From positions 128,001-192,000 of the forward strand of contig CBDAOY010000008.1 of NCBI GenBank assembly GCA_965198225.1: a stretch of DNA of 64,000 nucleotides, in the 5' to 3' direction. The notes beneath the pieces are model-generated. The model was not told the origin of the DNA, did no database searches, and saw only the letters and a list, made by a program, of their open reading frames with translations. Shown here in pieces: positions 20,381 to 30,695 of the stretch (position 1 is its first letter; each line of letters begins with the position of its first letter). Source of the stretch: Terriglobia bacterium (GTDB taxonomy: Bacteria; Acidobacteriota; Terriglobia; 20CM-2-55-15). Made by a program: the position numbers and the translations under genes.

Positions 20381-22639
20381 ATGCCTATGATTCAGGTGTC
20401 GATGGCTTTCCTTCTGACGTTCCTGCTGGTGGGCCACGGCTTCGCCCAGTCGGATCCGGACAACCTCGGTGAGAGAGCAATTGCAGCGCGCGGCTCAACC
20501 GACTACGAAGCAATCCGCCAGGCCCACACCTACCACATCACGCGCACTACGGGCAAAATCGTCATCGACGGCAATATCGACGAGGAGGCGTGGCAGGCTG
20601 CCGAGGCTTCTGACGCCTTCCTCCAGCAGGAACCCTACATCGGACCCCCCCCTACCGAACGCACCGAGATGCGCCTGCTCTACGACGACACGAACCTGTA
20701 CGTTTCCTTCATTTGTCATCAGAAGTGGCCCATTGTCGTAAACGAACTGCGACGCGACTACTCGCCGGCCGATACAGATTCGGTCAACATTGTCTTCGAT
20801 ACTTTCGATGACGACCGCAACGGGTTCCTGTTTCAGATGAACCCCGGCAGTGCTCTGCGGGACATGCAGATCGTCGGCGGCAGCTTCAGTGCCGATTGGA
20901 ACGGCGTGTTTGACGGTCGGGCGAAGGTCCAACCTCCCGGGTGGACGGCCGAGATGGCAATCCCCCTGAAGACTCTCCGGTTCAATGCGGATCCGTCCCA
21001 GAGATGGGGTTTGAATGCGCTACGGATCACGCGGCACACGAATGAATGGGTGATGTGGAGTCTCGGGCCACGCCCCTTTCAGCTGTTCGACGTGGCCATA
21101 GCCGGTTCCCTGGAAGGACTGGAGAACATCCAACAGGGAAGCAACCTCAACATCAAACCGTTCATGGTGACCAACTACCGCCCCGATGCCACAGCCGGGT
21201 TCCTGAAGAAACACGACACGGACGTCGGATTGGACGTGAAATACGGCGTGACGTCGGAACTCACGCTGGACCTGACTGTCAACACCGATTTTTCGCAGGT
21301 CGAAGCCGATGAACAGCAGGTAAACCTGACCCGCTTCAGCCTGTTCTTCCCTGAGAAGCGGGAATTCTTTCTGGAAAACGCCGGCATCTTTCAGATCGGC
21401 GGGCAAGCCGGCTCCGGTCCCCGCGGAGGCGGCGCGGCTCGTGAAGGCGGTGGAGGCCGAGGAAACAGGGGCGAAGGCCGCCGGGACATCATCCCTTTCT
21501 TCAGCCGGCGGATCGGACTTCACAATGCACAACCGCTGCCGATCCGCGGGGGAGCTCGGCTCACCGGGAAGCTCGGGCCGTTTCAGATCGGCATGCTCAA
21601 CATGCAGGTCGGATCTCAGGGAGACATCCCGTCCGCGAACTGGACGGCCCTTAGAGTCAAACAGGAGGTCCTCTCGAATTCCGACTACGGAGGTTTTTTC
21701 TTCAATCGCTCTTCCGACGCCGACAACTGGAACCGCGCCGGTGGCGTCGACGGGACGTTCCGGTTTCTGAGAAGACGGTTGGTATTCAGCGGATTTGCGA
21801 TGAACACGTTCACGCCGTTGGAGGACAAGAAAAATCTTGCTGCCGAAATCCAGGGATCCTACACGGACCCCCTGTTCCACTTTCGCAGCTCATTCGTCAC
21901 CGTCGAGGATGAATTCAGGAACGACTTTGGATTCGTCCCGAGGGGATCCATCCGGAAGACAAGGGTAGCGGGTTCCATTCGGCCACGACCTCGCTCCGGC
22001 CCCGTTCGGGACATCGGTCCGAATTTCGAAACGAACTACGTTACCGACCAGCAGGGGCAGCTGCTCACCCGGACCCATCGCGCTGTGATCGAGGTTCGAA
22101 CCCATTCGGGAGATTCCGCTCACTTCGATCGAGAGATGAATTTCGAGCGGCTTTACGAACCGTTCGAAATCCGGGACGGGGTCCTGCTCCCTCCGGGCGA
22201 TCATGCCTTTGACGATTGGAACATGGGAGTGGCGACGTCACGCGGCCGGAAGTTCTACGGAAGCCTCGGGCACAAGACCGGCGAGTTCTGGACGGGGATG
22301 ATACGGGAAAACCGTAGCGTCGTCGGCTTCCGGCCTTCCCCTCACTTTCGAACCGAGGTCAGCTGGATCCGCAATCACGTGCAGCTTCCGGAAGGTGATT
22401 TTGAAACCGACCTGGTCCGGCTGCGGCTGAATATGCACTTTTCGCCACGGGTGCAGCTGGAAAACTTCATCCAGTACAACACAGATGCGCAGACCGTTGC
22501 CTACAACGTGCGTTTTCGGTTCATTCACCATCCGCTCAGCGATTTCTTTGTGGTTTACAACGAGACAAGGGGGATTCGAGGGAACGACGAACTGAGTCGT
22601 GCAGTCAGCATCAAATTGACCAACTTATTCGTTTTCTAG
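20381..22639 (+). CDS. CBM9-like + DUF5916 outer-membrane protein
   Basis: Signal peptide, IDGNIDEEAW, GWTAEMAIP, LDLTVNTDFSQVEAD and LFFPEKREFFLE; ends in Phe. Confidence 0.88.
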   Translation: MPMIQVSMAFLLTFLLVGHGFAQSDPDNLGERAIAARGSTDYEAIRQAHTYHITRTTGKIVIDGNIDEEAWQAAEASDAFLQQEPYIGPPPTERTEMRLLYDDTNLYVSFICHQKWPIVVNELRRDYSPADTDSVNIVFDTFDDDRNGFLFQMNPGSALRDMQIVGGSFSADWNGVFDGRAKVQPPGWTAEMAIPLKTLRFNADPSQRWGLNALRITRHTNEWVMWSLGPRPFQLFDVAIAGSLEGLENIQQGSNLNIKPFMVTNYRPDATAGFLKKHDTDVGLDVKYGVTSELTLDLTVNTDFSQVEADEQQVNLTRFSLFFPEKREFFLENAGIFQIGGQAGSGPRGGGAAREGGGGRGNRGEGRRDIIPFFSRRIGLHNAQPLPIRGGARLTGKLGPFQIGMLNMQVGSQGDIPSANWTALRVKQEVLSNSDYGGFFFNRSSDADNWNRAGGVDGTFRFLRRRLVFSGFAMNTFTPLEDKKNLAAEIQGSYTDPLFHFRSSFVTVEDEFRNDFGFVPRGSIRKTRVAGSIRPRPRSGPVRDIGPNFETNYVTDQQGQLLTRTHRAVIEVRTHSGDSAHFDREMNFERLYEPFEIRDGVLLPPGDHAFDDWNMGVATSRGRKFYGSLGHKTGEFWTGMIRENRSVVGFRPSPHFRTEVSWIRNHVQLPEGDFETDLVRLRLNMHFSPRVQLENFIQYNTDAQTVAYNVRFRFIHHPLSDFFVVYNETRGIRGNDELSRAVSIKLTNLFVF

Positions 22640-22750
22640 CGGCCTTCAAACTCTGCGAGTAGAACTACAACTTCCGACCAGTAGACGTGGGATACGGGAC
22701 AAGCCCAGCGGAGGTCTCGCTGCCTAAGACAAGCGAAACTCTAGGATCGG

Positions 22751-22819
22751 GTGTAGGTGCGCTCTATGAGCGCACGTGCTTTGGTTCGAAGACTGTGCGG
22801 TCATAGACCGCACCTACAC
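22751..22819. repeat. REP doublet (REPIN-like)
   Basis: GTGTAGGTGCGCTCTATGAGCGCAC...GTGCGGTCATAGACCGCACCTACAC, located between convergent genes. Confidence 0.88.
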
Positions 22820-22877
22820 CTCCTCGGAAGATAAGCCCCTTCCAGAGAAGGAGCCCGTTGCCCTTGGGCAAAGGTTG

Positions 22878-25241
22878 TCAGGGGCGCTCTTCGAGCGCGG
22901 CCTTGACACGTTCGGGGGTAAACGGAACCTGACGCACGCGGGCGCCCGTGCCGTCGAAGATTGCGTTCCCGATGGCTCCCGCCACGAGGGTGACAGCGGT
23001 CTCTCCGACACCCATCGCCTCCCCCTCCGATCGGTTGATCAGCACCGTTTCGATCTGGGGAATCCCAGCACCCAGGTACAAGGGGCGATACGTTCGCCAG
23101 TCGATCGACGTGATTTTCTCGTTGTCCCAGGTGACCTCTTCCAGCAGCGTCCGGCTCACGCCGTGAAGGGCGCCACCTTCCAGCTGGTTCCGCACGCCAT
23201 CGGGGTTGGAAATCGGGCCGCAATCGTTCGCAATTACGAGTCGCGAGACGGCCACTGCGCCCGTGTTCTGATCGACTTCGACTTCGGCCACCATCGCGCA
23301 ATATCCGTTACCCCCCTCGTAGAGCACGCACGAGATGCCACGACCCTCCGCGACCCCCGTTCGACGAGCGTCAGGTCGAGGCGAGGTTCGCGTTTGCCAA
23401 TTGGCGGCATTTGCCACGGCTTTCACTACTTCGATCAGGCGGGGGTCCTTCAGGTGACGGAGGCGATACTCGAGTGGATCCTGCCCGACGCTCGCCGCGA
23501 TCTCATCCATGAACGACTCGTGGGCAAACGTGTTCTGCAAGCGGGCCGGTGAGCGCAAAGGCCCCGTCCAGAAGGGCGATTGCACCGAGTGTGTCAGGAC
23601 ACGCTCGCTGGCGACGGTGCCCGTCCCTCCGCACCGTCCATCGACGCACCCCGCGACGTAGGAGGGAGCCGCGTTGCCTCTGTTGTTGAAGTTTCTGGGG
23701 TCCGATGCCGGAGACGGCGCGAAGGCGGCCGGCGCGAAGCCAGCCAGGAAACCCGTGATGACGTTGCCGGGATTGTTCGAACCCGGCCGGCCTCCAAGTC
23801 TTGGCGACCAGGATTCGTGATCCCAGCCGATGATTGTTCCGTCGGCATCCACGCCCGCGCGTTGGTCGATGACGAAAGCGACGCCGTAGTTTTCCCACGC
23901 CATCTCGTCCTTCCGTGTTAACTGAACGCGGACCGGCCTGCCCACGGCCGCCGACAAGAGCGCAGCGTCGTACGAAACGGTGTCCGCGCCGTTGACGCCG
24001 TAGCATCCAGAACCCATCCTGAAGATGACGCGCACGTTTTCGGGCGTGAGCCCCAGAACCATGGCGGCGGTCCTTTTGAGAGGGAAGACTGCCTGCGTCG
24101 CCGACCAGATCGTGGCTTCCCCGTCCCCAACATCGGCAACCGCGCAGGAGCTGCCGACCGAGCCGTGCATTTGATACGGATAGTGGTAGGTGGCTTCGAC
24201 GAGGGTGGCCGCACCGGCCAGCCGCCGATCGACGTCCTTCGAGTTCACGCGCGATGTGTCTCGCGTGGGCTTCTGATTTCGTAAGTGTTCGTAGAAGTCT
24301 TGTTGCGTCGGTAGCTCCGCCCCCTCTGTCCAGGTGACCCGCAGTCGATTGGCCGCCTGAACGGCCTGCCAGGACTTCTCGGCCACCACGCCGACGAAAT
24401 CGTTGTTGACGACGACGTCCACGAGGCCGGCCATACCTTGAACGGATCCTTCATCGACACTGACCAACGTGGATCCCACTCTCGGCGGCCTCACCACCCG
24501 TCCGTGCAACATGCCGGGCACGCGGACGTTGTGAACGTATTCGAACTGACCGGTGGCCATCGCGGGGATCTCCACCCGTGGCACCGACTGTCCAAGAACC
24601 GTCCAGTCGTCCGGGCGCCTGCGGCGTGCCCCAGGGTCGAGCTCCATGGCGAACGTCCGTCCTCCGACGAGTTCACCGTAGCTGACGCTCCGGGACGGGT
24701 CCGTCCTAGCGCTGATCGTCCCGTCACTCACGTCGAGCTGGCCGACGGGGACACCCAGCCGTGTCGACGCCCTTTCGAACAGCGCCTCACGGGCGGTCGC
24801 GCCGGCGAGGGCGAGGTTGCGTTGATTGAAATTCGTGGGATGGGACTGCGCTCCTGAAGTCGTACCCTGGTCCGGAGTGAGCGCGGTATCGCACTGGATG
24901 AGTGTCACGCGATCGAACTCTACGCCGAGCTCTTCGGCGATCAACTGTGTCTGAGCGGTGTAGAGCCCGTGTCCCAGTTCACATTTGCCCGTGTAGGCCC
25001 TCACGCCCCCGTCCGCAGCGATGGCGATCCATGAATCCAGTTGATCACTGCTCGGACCGTTAAAGCCCTGAGCCGACGCTCGAGCGGGCACCAGACCCAG
25101 TCGGGCAGGCAGTCCCGCCATACTGAAGCCGACGACCAACATGCCGGAGCGTTCGATAAACGTCCGGCGCGACATTTCCGCGCCCTCGAGAGCGACAAGC
25201 GCGTCCGGGGCCAGTGCTTTCAAGGAATCCGGAGGTCTCAT
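22878..25241 (-). CDS. Xanthine dehydrogenase-family molybdopterin subunit (IorB/nicotinate dehydrogenase-like), Tat signal
   Basis: SRRTFI, TGKCELGHG, DQGTTSG, LRSP, ESFMDE, NPDGVRNQLEGG and GVGE motifs; ATGA overlap with the upstream 2Fe-2S gene. Confidence 0.9.
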   Translation of the reverse strand: MRPPDSLKALAPDALVALEGAEMSRRTFIERSGMLVVGFSMAGLPARLGLVPARASAQGFNGPSSDQLDSWIAIAADGGVRAYTGKCELGHGLYTAQTQLIAEELGVEFDRVTLIQCDTALTPDQGTTSGAQSHPTNFNQRNLALAGATAREALFERASTRLGVPVGQLDVSDGTISARTDPSRSVSYGELVGGRTFAMELDPGARRRRPDDWTVLGQSVPRVEIPAMATGQFEYVHNVRVPGMLHGRVVRPPRVGSTLVSVDEGSVQGMAGLVDVVVNNDFVGVVAEKSWQAVQAANRLRVTWTEGAELPTQQDFYEHLRNQKPTRDTSRVNSKDVDRRLAGAATLVEATYHYPYQMHGSVGSSCAVADVGDGEATIWSATQAVFPLKRTAAMVLGLTPENVRVIFRMGSGCYGVNGADTVSYDAALLSAAVGRPVRVQLTRKDEMAWENYGVAFVIDQRAGVDADGTIIGWDHESWSPRLGGRPGSNNPGNVITGFLAGFAPAAFAPSPASDPRNFNNRGNAAPSYVAGCVDGRCGGTGTVASERVLTHSVQSPFWTGPLRSPARLQNTFAHESFMDEIAASVGQDPLEYRLRHLKDPRLIEVVKAVANAANWQTRTSPRPDARRTGVAEGRGISCVLYEGGNGYCAMVAEVEVDQNTGAVAVSRLVIANDCGPISNPDGVRNQLEGGALHGVSRTLLEEVTWDNEKITSIDWRTYRPLYLGAGIPQIETVLINRSEGEAMGVGETAVTLVAGAIGNAIFDGTGARVRQVPFTPERVKAALEERP

Positions 25242-25705
25242 GCGTTCACCTCCTCCGCGTACCGCTTGACGGCGCGCATGATTCGCACATGCGTCCCGCA
25301 CCGGCACAGCAGGCCGGACAATGCCTGCTCGATTTCGGTATCCGAGGCCTTCGGATTGCGGTCCAGAAACGCTTTCGCCGTCAGGATGATGCCGCTGATG
25401 CAGAACCCACATTGCATCGCCTGCTCTTCGATGAACGCTTCTTGAATCGCATGCGGCTCTTCGACGCTCCCGAGTCCCTCGAGTGTCGTGATTTCCGAAC
25501 CTTCAACGCTGTGGACCGGCGTGATACAGGAACGCACCGCCTGCCCCCCGACGATGACAGCGCACGATCCACACTGACCCAGCCCACAGCCGAACTTCGG
25601 CCCAAGGAGCTCGAGATCATCACTGAGCACGTACAGCAGTGGTGTTGCCGGGTCCACATCCACCGTGCGGATCCGACCGTTGACGTTCAAATTCAAGACG
25701 GCCAT
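25238..25705 (-). CDS. (2Fe-2S)-binding small subunit (IorA/CoxS-like)
   Basis: GCGLGQCGSC, QCGFC and CRCG. Confidence 0.93.
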   Translation of the reverse strand: MAVLNLNVNGRIRTVDVDPATPLLYVLSDDLELLGPKFGCGLGQCGSCAVIVGGQAVRSCITPVHSVEGSEITTLEGLGSVEEPHAIQEAFIEEQAMQCGFCISGIILTAKAFLDRNPKASDTEIEQALSGLLCRCGTHVRIMRAVKRYAEEVNA

Positions 25706-25760
25706 ATCAGCTCCTTCCGGCTACGCCAGCGTCGGCCAACCGCGTTCGAGCGGAAGCGGT

Positions 25761-26732
25761 TCAGACTGCCGCCCAACGGGGATCTTCACCGTCCAGTATC
25801 CGGACGACATCTTTCACAACCCAGCTCATGTTCTCCAGCGCGACGTCCGTCCTGGCCGCCACGTGCGGCAGCAACCTGATGTTCGGGCGTCCCCACAACG
25901 GATAGTCTTCGCCGGGCGGTTCGGGTTCGTGGACATCCAGGATGGCCATGCCCCCTGTATCGTGTACCTTTTTCGCCCACGCGGACAGGGCGGGGACGTC
26001 GATCACGAAACCCCGGGAGGTGTTGATCAAGAGGCAGGATGGCTTCAGCTGATCCAGGACCCCGGAATCGATGATCTGTCGGTTTTCCCCTCGTCCATCG
26101 ACGTGAATCGTCAGGATATCCGCGCTCCGCCAGAGGGTCTCCTTGTCCACAAACGTCACTGGCCGGGCGGGCTCCAGATTGAGCTCATCGGGACGGAGCA
26201 GATCGTTGCAGATTGCGCGCATGCCCATGCCAACGGCAGCCTTCGCCACGTGTCGTCCGATTCGACCGACACCAAGAATGCCCAGGACCAATTTATCAAG
26301 TTGCCTTCCGGCGACTTGGGCGCGCCAGCGATGGAAGTCCTCGCTGCTGATCGGCTGGTCCATGTACACGCGCGGGCGCACCGCGTCGAGGATCAGGCCA
26401 AAAACGTATTCCACTACCGCCTGGGCGTTGGCCTCGGGCGTGTAGACGACCCGGACTCCGCGTTCGCGGCACGCATCGAGGTCAATGTTGTCGAGCCCGA
26501 CGCCTGCCCTGCCGACAACTTTCAGGCGGGATGCCCCCTCGAGCAGTTGTGCGTCCACCCTGGTGTAGGTGCGCACGACCACGCCGTCGGCATCTGCGAG
26601 TTCGTCCCTCAGGGCCGGTATGTCGTCTACGGAAGGCCGCACCACCCGAGCCCGCTGATCCAGCCAGCTCTCAGCCTCCGCGTCCAGGTGTTCCAGAACG
26701 ACGACCTTGGGTTTGCCCGTTTCCTCGCTCAT
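25761..26732 (-). CDS. D-isomer-specific 2-hydroxyacid dehydrogenase (SerA-like)
   Basis: RAGVGLDNID, GVGRIG, INTSRG, LDVHEPEP and PHVAA. Confidence 0.9.
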   Translation of the reverse strand: MSEETGKPKVVVLEHLDAEAESWLDQRARVVRPSVDDIPALRDELADADGVVVRTYTRVDAQLLEGASRLKVVGRAGVGLDNIDLDACRERGVRVVYTPEANAQAVVEYVFGLILDAVRPRVYMDQPISSEDFHRWRAQVAGRQLDKLVLGILGVGRIGRHVAKAAVGMGMRAICNDLLRPDELNLEPARPVTFVDKETLWRSADILTIHVDGRGENRQIIDSGVLDQLKPSCLLINTSRGFVIDVPALSAWAKKVHDTGGMAILDVHEPEPPGEDYPLWGRPNIRLLPHVAARTDVALENMSWVVKDVVRILDGEDPRWAAV

Positions 26733-26819
26733 CGATTACGCGGTCTCGCTGTCGAGCGTTCGGAGGCAACCCGACCGCTTTCAGGCCTCGCCTGGCGCTC
26801 GTTGTTCAACGATGGGTCC

Positions 26820-27094
26820 CTAGTGGCCTGTAACGGAGATAGCGGCACCATCGCCGATGGGTCTTGCCAGTCGAGGTCGAGGAGAGAGGAGGAATTGATG
26901 CGGTTTCATCATGACGACGAACGACAAAGAGATCGACGGCAACCCCCATCGGCCCGGAGGGTTGCGGCGGAACGGCACCGTCTTCGTTGTCGCTCCTCCT
27001 CGCAATGTAGGAGCATTACCTCGTCGTCGGCTCCTAGAATCCGGTGCCGTTCCGCCGCAACGCTGGTACCGCTATCTCCGTTACAGGCCACTAG
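26820..27094 (+). mobile_element. Structured MITE-like element, copy 1 (275 bp)
   Basis: 31-bp terminal inverted repeat CTAGTGGCCTGTAACGGAGATAGCGG(C/T)ACCA; non-coding; core shared with copies at 36262 and 51442. Confidence 0.85.
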
Positions 27095-27159
27095 ACGGTC
27101 TGCCGGCGGGGAAGGGTCGGAGCGCCGGCCGTGTCCATCCTCCCGGCTCGCAATCACGT

Positions 27160-28308
27160 TCAATCCTGGTTGGGGCCCTCCGGCGCAAGACGGGCGCCGG
27201 TGCCCGGCGGTGGCGGCTCTTCGGCCACCACGGGAATCCGCAGCGTGCCAATCCCGTCGATCGTGGCCACGATCTCCTCGCCCGGCTGCAGGAACCGCTG
27301 TTCCCCGCGGACCGCCGTGCCCGCCCCGGTGCCGCCCGACGTTCCGTTGTTGATGACGTCGCCCGGATAGAGGGTGATGATCGACGAGGCGTACTCGATC
27401 AACTCGTACAGAGTGTGAATCATGTCACCCGCAGTCGCTTCCTGCATCTGCGTGTCCCCGACACTCAGCGTCTGCCTGAGGTTCTCCATCGGATCACCAT
27501 AGAATTCCTTTGGCACGATCCACGGGCCCGTGGGCGCGAAGGTGTCGTGACCTTTCCCGACGAACCAGTCGGATCGCAACGGATTTCCCCCGGCAGGGCG
27601 GCCACCGCGATCGGAGATGTCGAGCGAGACCATGTAGCCGAAGATGTAGTCCTGGGCTTCGGTCGCGGGAACATACTTTCCCGCGCGGCCGATCACGGTC
27701 GCGAGCTCGACCTCCCAGTCGATTCGGTTGCGGCCGTGCGGAATCACGACCGTATCGCCATTGCCGATGACGGCCCCTCGGCTCGGCTTGAGGAACAAGT
27801 AGGGCACCCCGCGGTTGTCCCGCCGCGCGCGTCGCGCTGCCGCTCGCTCCTCGGGGGTGCCGGACTCGTCGACGTGGCTGTAAAAATTGACTGCCGCGTT
27901 GAGGATCTTTCCCGGGTAGATGATCGGCGGGAGCGTCCGAACCTGCCCGAGGTCGTACACGAAGTCTGGCCTGGAGGCCCCGCTGAGCCGGCTGTTGTCG
28001 ACCAGGTCGTTGACGATCTCGTACAGCCGGTGCTTCAAGCCATACTCATAGCGGCCGATCAGCTCCAGCATATCGGCCGGCATCGGGATCTTCGGGTAGG
28101 CCGGATTCATCTCGAGGGCGGCGTTCGCCACGTCGAGACCCACGACCAGGCTGCCGCGCAGGACGATCCCCACCTCCGGAGCGCCATGGATCTCAAACGT
28201 CCCGACGTTGAACGGTTCGGCACTTGTCGTCGCCGGTCCACTTTGTGCCCAGAGCAGAGCGGGGCTCGTTAGGGACACGAGCAGAGTGAAGACTAGGGTG
28301 AGTCGCAT
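27160..28308 (-). CDS. Fumarylacetoacetate hydrolase family protein with signal peptide
   Basis: DWEVELA, DISDR, GKGHDTF and PGDVINNGT; hydrophobic leader. Confidence 0.9.
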   Translation of the reverse strand: MRLTLVFTLLVSLTSPALLWAQSGPATTSAEPFNVGTFEIHGAPEVGIVLRGSLVVGLDVANAALEMNPAYPKIPMPADMLELIGRYEYGLKHRLYEIVNDLVDNSRLSGASRPDFVYDLGQVRTLPPIIYPGKILNAAVNFYSHVDESGTPEERAAARRARRDNRGVPYLFLKPSRGAVIGNGDTVVIPHGRNRIDWEVELATVIGRAGKYVPATEAQDYIFGYMVSLDISDRGGRPAGGNPLRSDWFVGKGHDTFAPTGPWIVPKEFYGDPMENLRQTLSVGDTQMQEATAGDMIHTLYELIEYASSIITLYPGDVINNGTSGGTGAGTAVRGEQRFLQPGEEIVATIDGIGTLRIPVVAEEPPPPGTGARLAPEGPNQD

Positions 28309-28566
28309 GTTCCTCCTTATGAGTAGCCACCAAGTGAACAGCGTGAGGCCGGCGGCCTCTCAATCCTTCCTGCCGGTTTTACTCTCGCGCATGGGGCCTG
28401 TCAAGGGTCGAGATTGGTGCGACGCGAACGATCTTCCGGGCGTTTGGCTCCTTCCAGACCACGATTCTCGAATCGCCTGGAATTGACAGCGCCCGCTCAG
28501 GGTGATATCAATCCCCGTCTCCTACGAACAAACCCATGCTGTTCCATTAAGATGCGGAGGAAAGCG

Positions 28567-28830
28567 ATGCAGGAACCGACACCCCCACCGGAGCCGACCG
28601 ACGAGGAGCTCGATAGGTACATCCACACGCGCTACGCGTTGCTCGGCATCGACATTTCTGTACTTCCTGTGGCTAACGAGGATGCGCCGATGGATCAGGA
28701 CCGTCTGCTTGCCAACGCCCGATCCATCCTCCGTCAGGACGTAGCTGCCGCGAACTTCGAGATCGATCCGCAGTTCACGCTGCCTCAGCCGTTCCCGGCC
28801 CCGTTCACCGCCTGGACCGAAGAGGAGTAG
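28567..28830 (+). CDS. Small acidic protein upstream of amidase
   Basis: GGAGG RBS, 87 aa, 8 bp upstream of the amidase start. Confidence 0.7.
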   Translation: MQEPTPPPEPTDEELDRYIHTRYALLGIDISVLPVANEDAPMDQDRLLANARSILRQDVAAANFEIDPQFTLPQPFPAPFTAWTEEE

Positions 28831-28838
28831 TCATCGTC

Positions 28839-30431
28839 ATGAGTAAACCGAGGCTTCACCACGACCGCAACGCGACCGGGGAGACCGGTCGGCCCCAGGA
28901 CCAGGAGGTTTCCCGCCGCTGGTTCCTCAATCGCATGGCCTGGGTCTCATCGGCGACGGCAACAGGCACACTCCTGGCGAAGATCCCGGCCACCGCCAGC
29001 CCGCGAGGGGCCGGCGTCACCGAAGAAGCCTTCGCGTCCTCCGTGCGCCCCCAGGCGCTGGACGATCTCACCGAGCTGACGCTGTCGGAGACGATGTCGC
29101 TCGTTCGGAACGGGACGCTCGTTCCGGCCGATCTCGTCAATGCCTATGTGGACCGGATTGAGGCCTACGACGAAATCTACCAGGCCTACGCGGCCCGGCC
29201 AGCACGCGAAGATCTGCTCGCTCAGGCTGAGCGAATCCCTGCCGGCGGCATCAACTCCCTTCTGCGCGGGACCTGTTTCACTCCGAAGGATAATTTCTAC
29301 ACCGCGGACCTGCTGACCGAGGGAGGTTCACTGGTCTTCGAAGGCTTCCAGCCCGACTACGACGCGACCGTTGTTTCGCTGGTTCGCGCGGCCGGCGGAC
29401 TGGTGGTGGGTAAGGCTCAGATGGGGAACCTGGCCGGTGGACGTGCCCGCCGGTATGGCACGACGATTCCCACGACGCGAAACGCCTGGGCGCCAAACCA
29501 CCCGGACTACAGCCCCGCCGGGTCTTCTTCAGGGACCGGCACCGCGGTCGCGGCGCGCCTGGCGGTTGTGGGCGTCGGCACGCAAACAGGTGGGTCGGTG
29601 ATCGGTCCGGGCAACGCCCAGGGACTCACGTGCATCAAGCCGACGTTCGGCCGCATCTCGCTTCACGGGGTCATCCCACTGAGCCTGACCCGGGACCACG
29701 TCGGTCCGATGGCGCGCGATGCCTTGGACGCGGCAATCCTGCTCCAGGTACTCGCCAAGCCCGATCCGCACGATCCCCGGACCCTCGGGCTGCCCGCCCC
29801 TCCAAACTACGCCCTGGCCGCTACACCGTTCGGCGGAGAACGCCCACGGGTGCGATGGCCCACCCGGATCGGCATCTGGCCGGAATACCTGTCCGACGAC
29901 AACGAGCGCGTGAACGAGCTGCGCCGCACCTTCATCGCTGAGCTGGAGCAGAATCCGTCGGTCGAGGTCGTGCCCGACGTCACGCTGCCCGAGGAGTGGG
30001 AGGAGCTGACGTCGAGCCCGCTCGGCGGATCGCACGGGGACCCGACTGCCTTCTTCATCGAGCATCTCCGGAAGGACGTGAGGAACTTCGCCGACCGGCT
30101 GCCGCGGTTCCTGAACGGCATGCTGCAGAGCGCCGATACTTACGTGAAGGTCCAGCAGGCCCGTCACCTGCTCCTGCACCGGATGCTCACCCAGCTCTTC
30201 AACCAGTGTGACGTGGTGCTGACGAGATCGACCGGTCCTTTCGACGGGACCGGACTGCCTGTGATGTGCATGCCGATCGGTTTCGACACGGATGAAGACA
30301 GCGGCCGAAGGGTTCCCCGGGGTGTGGTGATGGCCGCGCCGCCGTTCGGTGAGGAAAGGCTCCTGGCAGTCGCGGCGGCCTACCAGGCCGTCACCGACTT
30401 CCACCGCGAGCGGCCCGAGGATCCAGTGTAG
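28839..30431 (+). CDS. Amidase-signature enzyme with Tat signal
   Basis: SRRWFL, PKDN (Lys), GSSSG, GTQTGGS, KPTFGRIS and DHVGPMAR. Confidence 0.9.
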   Translation: MSKPRLHHDRNATGETGRPQDQEVSRRWFLNRMAWVSSATATGTLLAKIPATASPRGAGVTEEAFASSVRPQALDDLTELTLSETMSLVRNGTLVPADLVNAYVDRIEAYDEIYQAYAARPAREDLLAQAERIPAGGINSLLRGTCFTPKDNFYTADLLTEGGSLVFEGFQPDYDATVVSLVRAAGGLVVGKAQMGNLAGGRARRYGTTIPTTRNAWAPNHPDYSPAGSSSGTGTAVAARLAVVGVGTQTGGSVIGPGNAQGLTCIKPTFGRISLHGVIPLSLTRDHVGPMARDALDAAILLQVLAKPDPHDPRTLGLPAPPNYALAATPFGGERPRVRWPTRIGIWPEYLSDDNERVNELRRTFIAELEQNPSVEVVPDVTLPEEWEELTSSPLGGSHGDPTAFFIEHLRKDVRNFADRLPRFLNGMLQSADTYVKVQQARHLLLHRMLTQLFNQCDVVLTRSTGPFDGTGLPVMCMPIGFDTDEDSGRRVPRGVVMAAPPFGEERLLAVAAAYQAVTDFHRERPEDPV

Positions 30432-30521
30432 GGAGCGACATTCCGTGCAAGCTCTACCACGGCATCCAAATCCGAAACTCCGCGTTTTCGGGCGCGAGAA
30501 CTTATTCCGACCCCATCTTTT

Positions 30522-30625
30522 GTGTAGGTGCGGTCTATGACCGCACGTTCTTCGAATGGCGACGATGTGCGCTCATAGAGCGCACCTACACCCCATCCTG
30601 ATGTCCGGCATAGACCGCACCTACA
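30522..30625. repeat. REP doublet plus half copy
   Basis: Doublet at 30522-30591 and a partial CATAGACCGCACCTACA at 30609-30625. Confidence 0.85.
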
Positions 30626-30695
30626 ATTTCCTGAAAACTCTCGCCTTCCGGGGGGAGCAACAACGGCTCGTGAGAAATGCGGGCTATGAGGTCCG

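Noticed and set aside
25665-27353. Long antisense ORFs (e.g. 25665..27353, 26911..28272, 33777..35333, 36648..38114)
   Set aside because: They are shadow frames opposite well-supported genes in GC-rich DNA.
30669-30687. CGTGAGAAATGCGGGCTA as an IS terminal repeat
   Set aside because: It looks IS-end-like, but no partner repeat or transposase is in the window, so it cannot be supported.
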